Origin: Catajapyx aquilonaris
Taxonomy: Eukaryota
NCBI GenBank assembly: GCA_000934665.2
Contig: KZ538127.1
Span: 62,001 to 118,553, forward strand
Reading direction: 5' to 3'
Length of the DNA stretch: 56,553 nucleotides
Shown: piece after piece, positions 14,182 through 26,410 of the stretch
Layout: each line of letters opens with the position of its first letter
Position numbering within the stretch: the stretch's first letter is position 1
Notes under the pieces: generated by a model
What the model saw: the letters and a program-made list of their open reading frames with translations, nothing else
Databases searched by the model: none
Told to the model about the DNA's origin: nothing
Made by a program: the position numbers and the translations under genes

Positions 14182-15874
14182 TCGATGCGAAATGGGTGCA
14201 TTTGCAAGAAAAGACTTGTTGGTTTAAGCGTCATGTATAAATCCTGTTGTTACTTCGATGTTGCCTCTTAACATTTGGCACAGCCTCATCCTGCAGATGG
14301 ACAGGAAGACATGACAAAATAATAGCGATTAAACTTCAACAACATTACTAATGATATAAAAGGCATCAGCCTCTTTTTTTTTTAAAGCCCCTGAAAAACA
14401 TTGTTTTCGACGAGCATTTATAGACTCCAATGAACATATTATTGAAACCCCTAAAAACACCAGTATAACAAATGGCCATCTTTTTAAATATTTTGGCACA
14501 CACCCTGTGAATTTATATATATATATTTTTTAAAGGCTGAAAAGAGCGTCTCTCTTCCAGATCAACAAGAACAAAAACAAACATGTAATCCACCATTGAG
14601 CGGCAGTTCACAGTCAGGGTTGGCGGATGGGGGTGAAAAACCCGTGTGGTTTTTCCCTTAAAATATATTAAAATCTGGATTTGAGACACGCCTCTTTTAC
14701 GCTGCCCCTCTTTATCTCAAAATTTCTGAGCACAACCTTTAAAGCCACACAACCACGTAAACAAGTACTATCTGACTTAGAAAGCTGCATGACAGCACAA
14801 CACACACAAACACACGACAGAAAAACAAAAACCCAACAACTTCCTCATCTGCACCATCGGATATTTAAAAGAGAAATTCATACTGAGCAATTGCGATGTG
14901 AGTAGATCAAGGGAGAGAGGTAAAAAGCAGTTTCAGTCTTCAAACAGGGCAGTTTCGAAAAATATTGTGCCTCCTTCTTCATTGTTTTGCAAAGCGCTGA
15001 CTAAGCGTTCGCTTCTTAAAAATCTTAAGGCACAGCATTACGTTTTCCAGCCTGCAGCCCCATTTTTTCTTTTTTCCTTTTCATTGCCTGTAATAAGTCG
15101 TAATAGCCTGTTTTAATCGTTGCTAATTGCTCACCAAAACAATACGTAAAAAGCGAAAATACAAGCTATTAACCTTTCTTTACAGGCGGTGAAGCAAAAC
15201 GTCCCCTACATTATCAAATTAAACCTTTGCCCTTTTTTCGTGTCATAAAAAGATAAGGCGTGTAAAAACTCCTTAAATAGTAATTCAAAGTTTTTGTCTT
15301 ATCTTTTCGTGGGGGAAAAAGGCATGGTCGTTTGTATACTGTTATATTCTTTAAAAATCTATCAGATGGATGGAGGGGTGGGGAAGTGGGGTGTGTGGGT
15401 CACACCATATTTTAAATCCACTTGGGACCATCGTTGACTATCTAATCACACAGGACACGACGTGGAAACAAGGACGGGTGAATTCAACAAACAACAAATA
15501 CAACGAGGGATGGTGAGGGGGGGAGAAACAAAAAAAAAAAACATTTATCCTAAAGCTTACTAACATGGAATGATACCTTTTTTTTCTTCCTTTTACTTAA
15601 TTTTTCTGATGTTTTTTTTCCTTTTTCTTTTTTTTTTGCCTGTGCTGCATTGTAGAGGCAAAACTACTCTCCGATTCAAAAAAGAACGACCACAAAAAAA
15701 AATCCTAATCTCTAATAGTAAAAAAATTTTTTTGGGAGGATGAGAACTGATAGATTAATACACACAGAGACAGATGAATAACACTTAAACATTTCCTTTT
15801 TCGAAGAGGAGAGCTTTTTAAATGTTGAGCACTGACTTTTTTTTTTTTTACTTTTGCAAATGGTGATGTTTTAC

Positions 15875-18800
15875 TTAAGCGGCATGGTTTCCCCCGGACG
15901 GAGTGCTTGGTGGGGTTGGGCCAGAGCTGCCAGGCGCGGAGTAGACGTATCCAGCGGCTGTGGTGGGGGGGAGCCACTGCTGCTGCTGTGGCGCGTACGT
16001 GATGTAAGGTGAAGGGAAGCCTCCCATGGCTCCTTCAGGCGGCGGCTGCCCCGGAGTCATGTCGGGAGGCGGTGCGGGAGCCATCATCGCCTGTGGGGGA
16101 AAGGCTACTCCTGGTGGGAACATCGGTGCTGCCATAAACTGAGGCTGAAAGTTCTGCGAAAGGAGGAAGCAAGCTTATTAAACAGTACGGTTCAACTAGT
16201 GATCATTCACATCTCGCCATGTGAAGAAATGCCAGTGACTGACCATGATAGCTGGTGGTGTCACCTGCTGGTACACATGCTGCTCCTGAGGCTGCTGGGG
16301 ATGGTACACTTGGTATCCCTGGTCCGGTCCGCCCCCTCCCGGTCCTCTTCTGAACCCTCCGCCCATTCCACCACCACCTCCTCCGACAGTCTGCCATAGA
16401 GGCAGTCCTTCAAATTGGAAGCGGTGCTGGGCATAGTGCGAGGCAGGGGAGCTCTTCTGGAAGCGCGGTGGGACGTGACCTCCTCCGTTGTTTCCCCCGC
16501 CGCCGTTAGACCTGGGCTGCCTGTTGTAGCGTCTTCCGCCTTGTTGGTTCCCTTCCTCATACTCATACTGGGGCTGGTGTTGCTGTTGCTGCTGCTGTTG
16601 CTGCTGGGGCATTTGCTGGAGCGGAGGTGCCATGGGAAGGCTCATGAGGGGCTGCGGAGCAGGTATTGGAGGTGGAGGTATGGAGTAGTAGCACAACCCT
16701 GGCATCATGTGGCCCGTGATGGGATTGGCAGGAGGGGAATTGGGCACCTGCTGGGAAGGATGCGGTGGGTAGTACCCGCAGTTGTTGTTGTCGTTCAGGA
16801 CCAGAGACTGCTGCATATCCTGGGTCAGAGCATTCACCTGCATGTCATCCTGATAGTCTGAAGTAATGAAGGATGAACAACATTATGACAACCCATGGCA
16901 ATAGAAATAATCTCGACAACTCTCTGCCAGCACCATGCTTTGCAATCGCCAAGCAGACATCTCAAGTTACGGTAAGCTACGAGAAAGCCTCACCTAAGTT
17001 GCCTGACACTGACTCTGTGGTACTCTCTTCCTCAGACGGCTCTTCTTGACTAGGGGTAACGCTGGAAACCCTGCTATTGTCATCCACCTCAGAAACAGAA
17101 CACCCAGTCATGGCATCTTGCCCTGGCATTGGGCTTCCGTATACGATTGGCCCACCTGGATAACTCCACTGCGGATACGGTTGCTGAACAAAGACAAGTG
17201 ATTAGCAAGAATTCCTACAGAACTGAAGTGTTGTCAAACTGGCAAGGGCATTCAGATTAACAAATTTTGCCGCAAGCAATAAACCAGAGAAAATGAGCAC
17301 ATTCCTATATGAACTAGAGACACATACCTCATACGGTAAGTACACAAGCTTCATCCCTGGAACCTCTGCCAAAAGAAAGAAAAATTCCAGTTACACATTC
17401 ATCACAAAACATTCGAAACAAAGAGTACGAACCTTCTCCTGGAGTCCCGTCGCTCTTTGGTGGCAACCATCCCGTGATAGGTGCCTGCATCACAAGGGGT
17501 CCAGGTCCGTACATCCCGCTTATAAACGGATTGTAGCCGAATGGTAGCTGAAACTGCTGCTGTTGTGGAGGTGGAACCTGATATAGGCCAGGTGTCATCT
17601 GCATTCCCGTGACTGCAGGTGGCGGTGTGGGGTACACCACAGGAGGAGAGACTGAACTGGCTACCGATGAGAACTGCGACTCGCCTGCGACGCTAGCGTT
17701 CATGAAGATGGCCTTTGACGCTGATGTCCTGTCATCATCTGCAGTTTAACAACAAATTAAGGGGATCATTCACATATACGTTTAACATGCATTTTAAAAT
17801 GCAAAGGCATGCATTACTCACCAGGAGAGCTCTGTGTCATGTAACCTGATGTCGGAGGCGATTCAACCGAGATCTGCTGCTGGGGGGTCTGGGATGAAGG
17901 CACCTGGCCCTGCAACTGTCCCCAACCTGAGGGCTGTGATGGGGTGGCCACCTTTGGATCAGACTTTGGTGATGGTGAACGAGGAGATTTGACGTTACGA
18001 GACGGGTTGGACTGGCCGGGCTTGCCCTTGGACTGCCCTTGAGGCTGTGGCTGGACAGGCGAAGCCGGTGAATTCCCTTCACTCTGAATTATGGCAGGAC
18101 GCCCATTCCAAGCTCCAGCTTGGGTCACAGGAACAGTAGAAGAATTTCCGTTGACTTTCTAATGGGGGAACAAAGAAAGCGACACATGACATGTGACTCA
18201 TGATAGCGTAAGATTTAAATGCAACAATCCAATGCTTACTGGCAGAGCTGGAAATGCGTTCTGATCCTCAGGCTTGAAGGTATACGAGTTGCGACGAACT
18301 GGAGTGGCACCGGAGCCCTGGTTCATCCTGCTGGAAAGCACCCTTGGATTATTACGTGACTTGAAACTCATCTCTGAAGAAGCACTGCTCAGATCTGCCT
18401 GGAACTGGAGCGTGTCTGTTCCACCCAGTAACAGGCACACGTCCAGGAATACTTGCACGTACACACCTTGCATTCTTCAGCGTGTGCTGGTAGTACCAGT
18501 TCATTGTTTCCAAGAATGTGCATTGTCTACTGCCCTACCAAATAACTCAGAGTCTGCTTCCACAAATACTCCGCATGCCATAAATGACATCAGCATTTAC
18601 ATTGTCACAAATAGTACGTAAATATGCTGTGTTCTACTTTTTCAATTTTCAGCAATGTTAAATAATTGTACTCCACCAGTTGCTTCACTGGCAAAAAAAA
18701 GCACGATTTGCAACTGGAGACCTCACCTGGTGTTCTGGTTGGCGTTGGGTGCACCAAATCTTGTCCCACCAGCATAGGAACCATTTCTGGCACCACTTCC

Positions 18801-21800
18801 ACCCATCCCAACTCCCCTGCCCCTCCCCCGCCCAGAGTATGAGTCTTGCGGCTGGGTTGCAGGGCCAGCAGCCTTATTGTTCATTCCCATTCCTGTGGGG
18901 CCCATCGAGACAGCCATGAAAGGAACCGCCTCCCGACCTTTGCTTCGAGGTGCTTTGGCAGCCCTGGGCTTCCTGCCACGTCCAGCTGGGGGAAAACAAA
19001 AGCCTCCTAAGTTAACCTACTTCATAAAAATTTCCACTCTTCCATGCAAGAAGATTTATGCACAAACACTTCAAGCAGCATTTTACACCACATGATCCAT
19101 TCTGCGTTTCTATAGTAGTACACTTTATCATTAACATAATTTAATTGCATTTTAGCTCACAATACATAGATTTTGATGGAAGGTCCTCTCCCTGCAGATA
19201 CAGTGTCGACTGTACTTGCATTTTTTTTTTTACCTTTAATTTGCATTCAAACAATGGACCTTAAGTTCTCCCACTTAGAAAATTAGTTCATATCTTACGC
19301 TCACAAACATGCGATGTGAATTTAAAATGTACCAGTATCTTATTACATAATGCAGCCATAAACTAGTTACAAAATAGGTCTGCCATTATTATCCAGGAAC
19401 CGACTAGAGCTTCTTTTAAAAAAATTATTACAGAAAAACATGCAATTCAACAGGATAACAACAGAACCTGAATGTGCCTAGCTTAGCAAACCTTAGTACA
19501 AACTCGCAAATACAAAGCAAATTCTCTCTTCTTCCGTTTATAAGAGACACCTTGTGTGTGAACTGTCAAGTTGATCTGTCATTTAAAATTTATACCCACA
19601 GTGCAACAATACTGTCGGATGTTGTCAATTTCTAACTTACATCAAAACTCACCTCCTGCCATGTTCATGCACCTGGATGGGTCATGTTTCCATGGTAATG
19701 TCAAATGCAAGTATTGTTAACACTAACAATTTCTTTTAAAGTGAAAGAGATGCCCATGTTTTCATCGAACATGGTGGAAGTGAGAACTGTGCCTCAACAA
19801 AAACACATTCTTGGCCTTGTGAGGCACTCAGTAAGATTTTCCCTTAATAGTGCAGGTTCCAAGGGTTTAATTGTTGAAGACATGCATTTGCTGAAGATAC
19901 ATTGTCCAGGCTATGTTGCTATGGAATTTAGTTTGATGGACAATTTAAAAATAGATAAATGATTTGTGTTCATAATGGCGTTTACGACTGCCAGGCCCTT
20001 CTCATAATTTGATTACAGTTAGGGCAGGTCAGGCTATATTAGGTTCATTTCCCACTCCTGGACAATAGCAAATATTGAACACTTCTGTAAACATGGCCAC
20101 ATAAGGATATGCCTAAAGGCCATTTCACAAAAAAAATGCCGCGCGACAAATGGCACGACTTGCGGCAAATTTTTTATTTATATTTATTGTTGCCAATTGT
20201 TGGCAACAATAAATATAAATAAAAAATTTGCCGCAAGTCGCGCCGTTTGCCGCGCGACATTTTTTTTGTGAAATGGCCTTAAACCTCCTCAACATGACAA
20301 GTTTTGAATCACACATGACATGGAAACATCCATAACATCTCTTCTGGACTTAATTACAAGCAAAAATGAGAGTGTGGGATAAATCCAGAGAGATAACTGA
20401 TTCCACGAGAGGAAGAAGCAGTACTAACATTTAAATGGGATTAGACACAGGGTTCCAGCAAAGTATCCACCAGTACATCACTCGTCTAAAGGTCTAACAA
20501 GTGACAATGAACGATGCAAATCAGAACTATGAAAAATCAGAGGATAGTCTTGGCTGCTTACCATATTCCGGCAGATGCACGCTGGTCTTCTCATAGTACC
20601 CCGAGAGAGACTTGTAATGGTTGAAAGGTGGCTGGTAAGTCTTTGGTTCTGCCCTGGGGATCGGAGTCAAGTCTTCAAAGGCAACTACACGCCTACAGAC
20701 AGGACAAAACAACATATAATGGTACTAACAAAAAAACACACAAAATAATATAAATTGTGAACAAATCAAAAGAAACAAAATTTTGTGACATATTACACAA
20801 AAAAAACAAATTGGTTGTAACTATCAGATAAATAAAAGACACTATGGCAATTCACTTGCACATGACTAAAGTAAAAGGGCAATCAAATGAAACGTATCAA
20901 GTCATAAGTTAAATTGTGTGCATAGTCTGAATACTGACGAATAATGGAATCACGTAACACCCAAATCGCGAATGAACAGTTGCCATCATAACAGTAAAGA
21001 TAAACTTTGTCCAGAGCTCCATGGTTTGCGTAAAACTAATGAATTAATGAGTATTCCTACACTAATATCGAGTAGTCAAAGTCATACTCTCAATCAGTAC
21101 CCTACCATATAACAGCATAATTTTTGCACCTAATCAGAAGTGCTAATCAGGTTGTAATCATTTGTTACCAGTAAAACTGGTACATATTTTCATGAGAATT
21201 TCCCACCCTTTCTGGACAATTGTCTTCTCGTGCAAGAACTAATTGCTACCTCAATGCTACAACACAAAAGAACCATCATGCCAGAGGTGAAAATGTGCCT
21301 ACCATTCCACGAGCTCCTCTATATATACGGTGACAGGACCTTTGTTTGGAGCCATCTCCTGTATGTGCACATTGTAAGTGACGGGTTCCTTTGACGATTC
21401 CCCGTCAGCAGTGTCAGAAGCAGGAACCTTATACAGGCACTTTTCTCCAACTATGAGGGAATTGGACACAGAGTTTCGGTTGCCAGGTGAGTCAGATGAG
21501 TATGAGTGTGAGGTAGTGGAAGATGCAGGGGTCCAGTGGTTGCTGTCGCGAGGCCTCCAGTGGCCATTCCAGTGGCGCTGGTCTAAAAGCAGATTTGAAA
21601 AATCAGTCGCATTTCACAGCACAGTGAACAAACATACTTACAGTCAATTGCTCCTTTCGTTTCCCTCCACACGTCCAGGTCAATGTTCCTGTATACTTGT
21701 GGTACCAGGGCCTTGGCCACCTTATATGAGAATGGCTTTTGAATGAAAGGTGGAGGCTTCTCTTTAACCTCCTTCTCCGCCGCCGGTGCCTTCTCCAGAC

Positions 21801-24800
21801 TCTTCTCAGCTGCCGGAGGATCAGCAGGAGTGGAGGATGCAGTCTTGGAGTCGTCGCCAATAGTAAGCGTGGGTGGCTCCTGGATAATATCTGGTGAAGG
21901 GCTGTCAGAGATGAGTCTCTCTGCTGGCCCATCTTGAATGGGATTGGTGGGCGGCTGCAGGGCAAAGTAGAAATCGTCTGCCAGCATACGCTGGGCTGTC
22001 TCCTGCGCATCCTCCAGTTTGAACACATTCTTGTAAAGTATCTCATAAGCGATGGCTGTAAGAAAAATTCAGTTTAGGTCGTACTGGCATGATAAGCATA
22101 ACTCATGTCTTCAAAGTCAATGCTTACACTGGCACATCCCTGAGTTGTAGACATGATCCCTGAGGAACACTGAGTCATAGTGGCTGCCGCAGGTGTAGCA
22201 CAAGTGTATGTATCGGTTAAACCCATTGCGAGTTGCATTCTCAGGTGGCTTCCCAGCCTCACGGAAAATACAAAAGTCCCTCCTGGTTGAAAAATAAACA
22301 TTTTTTATACAAATTACTCGAGTGTCTGAAGTCATACACAAGGTAGGTATGCGCCTTAAAATCATACGTACTTGTACAAGAGAGACATGGCACAGATCTC
22401 AATGTGGCTTCCCCACTCTCGTGGCTTCTGCATCTGGTACAAGTAGTGGTCGAATCGTCCTTCTACAAACTGCTTATAATACAAGAAAATACATCGATCT
22501 AAAAGAGTGCCAACTACTATGCATGTTTACGTAAATCTGCAGGGAAGTGTAAGTGACAAGTGTCATTTGGAATATGGAGTGTTACAGAAAATTTATCATC
22601 ATCAAATGTGTGGAGGACCTTGAGCTGCATGATATTAAACATTTTTGTATTTTAAAATTGGTAAAACATCCTTTTCCAGACATTTATTACTATTTGCCTT
22701 GCATTCAGAGGCATATTTTTAACCGCCTAACTGCATCTCATGAAACAAATAAAACCTTCCCAATGAATTTTGGTTTAATTTTGTAACTGTATAAAAATTA
22801 ATCCAAAATAGCTTGAGAAAATGATGTAAAGTACTAACACTCACAGCACTAAATATGCAAAAGCAAATCCTTACATCAACAGAAATACTTACACTCTCGT
22901 ATTGTTCCCTGTGTCGTGCAATGTACCTCACAGTGGCCATCCTCACTTTCGTGTGTGCAGCTTGAGTATAAAAGAGCTGACAAAAAAAAAATTTTAAATT
23001 AATTCAGAGTCACAGATAAAAAATTGTTGAGGGTTCTACATAAACTGACAAATGCATGCTAAAATATGCTTTAATATGACTGTAACAACTATACTGCATG
23101 TTGGTATGCAAAATAATACTGCACTAATATGTAACATACTAGTCCTTACACCTGGCTTACGTAAAAAATATTTTTTTAGTTCTCTCAGTCATCACTCATT
23201 AAAAATTCAACTACCAAAATAGTACCATACAACAAAATGCAGCAAATTGTAACACTATATGTAACTCGTAACCAGCAATGAGATAATGTCCTCAACCATA
23301 CTTGTGTGCACAATGTTTACAGACCTGATAAATAATAAGTAACCATCCACTAAATACAGCAGATAGAGCTAATGTGTTCCAATAAACAGCAACATTCTCA
23401 AAAGGACCATACACAAGATTTGGCAATAATTTCTTGTTTGCCACTTTTTAAAAATATTGGCTCAACAACAATCACTATGAAATTTTTTTACAACACCATA
23501 AAGTGTGCTGTCATCGAGCTGTCATACATGTCATACAATCCAAATGTTGCACGGCTTCTGAACACCTGCACTTGCAGAAGTGAGATTAGCAACAAATCAA
23601 TAAAGCCTAGCGCGAGAGCTACAACAACAAGAGGGTTACATGTAGCTCTGCTCAATAATGCAAATTTCTCATGGTAGAACCCTTTAACTGACCTAAACCA
23701 TAGCATTAAAATCATTCTCTGCCAGAAATATGAGCAATTACAAAATTTCAGAACACTGTCAGGACATGGCAAAACCAATACCCAACAAAAACTAATTAAT
23801 AATGGCAGATTGTGAGTCTCCTTGAAATTATATTCATATCCCCATTGAATTACTAATGTAAAAACTCATTAGCAATGTGAATTTTTTAATGTGATAATTT
23901 CGCGGAATGTTAATATCCCCTCACTTCCCTTTACATGTTTTGAAAACAGCCATAAACCTGCAATTTCATTGCACCTGAATTGCTCGTGATCATTTCAAGG
24001 CCAAGGTTCCCGGATTCTTAGATCTCACCGACTGTAAAAACCACATCAGCACCGTATGAAACACAATCTTTCGTGAAGGTGATGCCCAATTCTGTTTACA
24101 CATTAGAGAGAATAACCTAAGCTCTTCCACATCTAACACCACACTCATTCATTGCACATTATTTGACGTGCACCTCATGACTTCTGAGTGTGTGTACAGC
24201 TAAAAAAAACTTATCCTGTAATGCTCAAGCACATCTTCCTGTACAATCTTGCTAGCATTTAAAAAATTGTCTATTCTTCTATCAATCTATATAAATTTTT
24301 TTTAAATTATCTCATGACTTCTGTGTGTGTACGCAGCTAAAAACTTATCCTATAATGCTCAAGCACATTTTCTGGTGCAATCTTGCTAGCATTTAAAAAA
24401 TTGTCTATTCTTCTATCAATCTATAAAAATTTTTTAAAAAATATCTCATGACTTCTGAGTGTGTGTACAGCTAAAAACTTATCCTGTAATGCCCAAGCAC
24501 ATCTTCCCATGGAATCTTGGTTCCCAAACTTCTTCACAAAATTATTCTAACGCTCTCAAAATTATGCCCACAAGTTTACAGATACTCTTCAACGAATCAA
24601 AAAGGTGCACATGAGACATTTTTTGGGGTCGTAAACGAAAATGATTCGGAAGCACTGATTTAAAAGCTTTGAATTGTCTTCCCTTCCACGCAGTAAATCA
24701 ACAAAAACTGCTGAATCCGCAACCTCTCATCCGAAGGCCTAATCCTGCAAAAATCTTGACAGTGAAATATTGTGGTCCACCCACAAACGAACTCATTAGT

Positions 24801-25124
24801 ATTTATGTGCATAACTCGAAGGTATATGTCAGTCCAAAAATGCTTCTTTCAAATTTTGAACCATGTCCGCCAAGTCAGTCCATCACGTCCACCTACAGAC
24901 TGCCAATCAGCGCGGCTGGATGCCAACCCTGATCCTCCGCAACGTTTTCCCATTCATTCCCGAGCAGTACGGAATTGTCTTCTCGAGCCTTTGCTTACCT
25001 GCTCAGCGACAGCCCTGAAGAGGCAGGACCCATCCCGAACAATGGGCTTGCGGTAGTAGCCCTGGCTCTCAAGCCAAGTGTCCATCGGATCTGGAGGCCT
25101 CAGGTACACTGGACGCTGACTCAT
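15875..25124 (-). CDS. otu: OTU-domain deubiquitinase with Tudor domain and low-complexity tail (ovarian tumor/OTUD4/ALG13 family), ~15 exons, ~1150 aa
   Basis: Exons (minus): 25124-24999, 22976-22893, 22469-22372, 22282-22128, 22055-21642, 21582-21303, 20692-20562, 18985-18727, 18384-18240 (acceptor least certain), 18158-17822, 17738-17433, 17365-17328, 17183-16994, 16857-16244, 16153-15875; total 3456 nt in frame. Motifs: MDTWLESQGYYRKPIVRDGSCLFRAVAEQ (Cys box), EWGSHIEICAMSLLYK, HYDSVF (His box), YKVAKALVPQVYRNI, and Tudor GEKC...HIQEMAPNKGPVTVYIEEL. Confidence 0.92.
20117..20279. mobile_element. Near-perfect palindromic MITE, PIF/Harbinger type, TAA target-site duplication
   Basis: TAA|AGGCCATTTCACAAAAAAAATG...CATTTTTTTTGTGAAATGGCCT|TAA. 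The arms are about 80 bp and pair almost to the centre with few mismatches. Confidence 0.85.
24174..24518. repeat. Tandem repeat, ~135 bp unit, ~2.5 copies, in an OTU intron
   Basis: Unit CTCATGACTTCTGAGTGTGTGTACAGCTAAAA...CTTATCCTGTAATGCTCAAGCACAT starts at 24174, 24311 and 24445. Confidence 0.9.
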
Positions 25125-25161
25125 CTTCACTCAAATCTTTTGTAAACAAAAAAAAAAAAAA

Positions 25162-25246
25162 NNNNNNNNNNNNNNNNNNNNNNNNNNNNNNNNNNNNNNN
25201 NNNNNNNNNNNNNNNNNNNNNNNNNNNNNNNNNNNNNNNNNNNNNN
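25162..25246. other. Assembly gap (N run) next to a poly-A tract
   Basis: Run of N. Smaller N runs lie in G/C homopolymers near 25601, 27446, 32297 and 44529. Confidence 0.98.
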
Positions 25247-25319
25247 AATGTTTCGAACAAACAATTTTCAGAATTTTTTGGCCAAAATTCCTTTGCAAAA
25301 AAAAAATATTTTATAGTGA

Positions 25320-25970
25320 GGGGGGGGGGTAGAGTGGGTGGTGTGGGAGGGCGGGGAGGTGGAGTGGGATGGAACGTCTGGGAGGGGGTCACAGGGTCAA
25401 GAACATTTTCAGCTCCCTTTTTCCGACCTGTATGTTTAAAGGGGGCTTAAGGGCGGCCCTGGGGCAGGCCCTTGGGGACTTACCCGGATCTCCAGGCGAG
25501 CTCTCTCTGACCCCCGGCTTTTTTGCTTACGTTTCACGGGCAGACGGGTGAGTTCAGTAATGGCTCACGTGCAGAGAGGCGAGAGGGGGGGGGGGGGGGC
25601 NGGGGGGGGGAGGAGGAGGAAGGAGGAGGAGGGGTGGACGGCGACGGTCGGAAATTTTTTTAAAAATGACGTCATAGCGGTGTTTAATTATTGCATGGAA
25701 TTCGACAGGTTCTAATTAATTAGTAATTAATTGTGACGTAATGTCTTTAATATTATAGTCGATTGTTCGCTTTGGGGGCATTGGTTGCGATTGCAGCCCT
25801 GTTGCAAGCCGAATTGCAATTTTTACAGTACTTAGTTAATGAGGGGGGCGTGGTTTATTCGTACCAGCTGATCATACGGGGTTGCCAGATGAAGTGGTGG
25901 CGATGCCCGGAAGTTCGGGAGTGTAAATCGGACCGCGTGGCTGTCCGCTGCGTCTGGTAACTCAGGTACG
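25320..25970. promoter_or_regulatory. GC-rich probable divergent promoter and non-coding first exons (OTU on minus, RhoGAP on plus)
   Basis: Local GC/G-run island; minus-strand donors GTAAGT (25483) and GTAAGC (~25530); plus-strand donors GTGAGT (~25548) and CAG|GTACGT (~25966); CRE palindrome TGACGTCA at 25667-25674. Confidence 0.5.
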
Positions 25971-26170
25971 TTAAAGGACGGGCGCGTTCGAACATTACAC
26001 GTAGGTGTGAGTGGTTGAAGATATTAATTTTTAAAATTATTAAAGAAATTAAAAAGTAATGGCTTGTTATTGTTAGCTACATGCTTAATTTAAAAAACAT
26101 TAACTATTCAGTGCAATTGAGAGAGCAAAGACTTGAACGCACCAGGCGGGACGTTTAAATGAAGATAAAA

Positions 26171-26410
26171 GCAGGCCACGCTAACTTGCCATTGACGTCA
26201 TCGTTTCGCTTAGCAACTCATAGTCAACGGAAATCTGCCGAACCCTGGAGATGTCCAGTGGTCGTTTTTGCTGACACTTGTTATTGTTGCACGAGGGAAT
26301 CTCCAAAGAAAACATGAAAAGTGGGTGGTTTCCTGGTTCGGCAGATTTCCGTTGACTATATGAGTTGGTAGGCGATACGATGACGTCAATGGCAAGTTAG
26401 CGTGGCCTGC
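26171..26410. mobile_element. MITE with ~75 bp terminal inverted repeats
   Basis: GCAGGCCACGCTAACTTGCCATTGACGTCATCGT...ATAGTCAACGGAAATCTGCCGAACC pairs with GGTTCGGCAGATTTCCGTTGACTAT...ACGATGACGTCAATGGCAAGTTAGCGTGGCCTGC; spacer about 90 bp. Confidence 0.85.

Noticed and set aside
16415..16861. Poly-Leu membrane-like ORF on plus strand
   Set aside because: Reverse complement of the CAG/polyQ tract in the OTU exon.
19653..19722. Extra OTU cassette exon ending in GGAG|GTGAGT
   Set aside because: Good donor, but the candidate acceptors give 20 or 70 nt exons that break the frame and have weak pyrimidine tracts.
24174..24518. CRISPR-like array
   Set aside because: Whole-unit tandem duplication with no unique spacers, in a eukaryotic intron.
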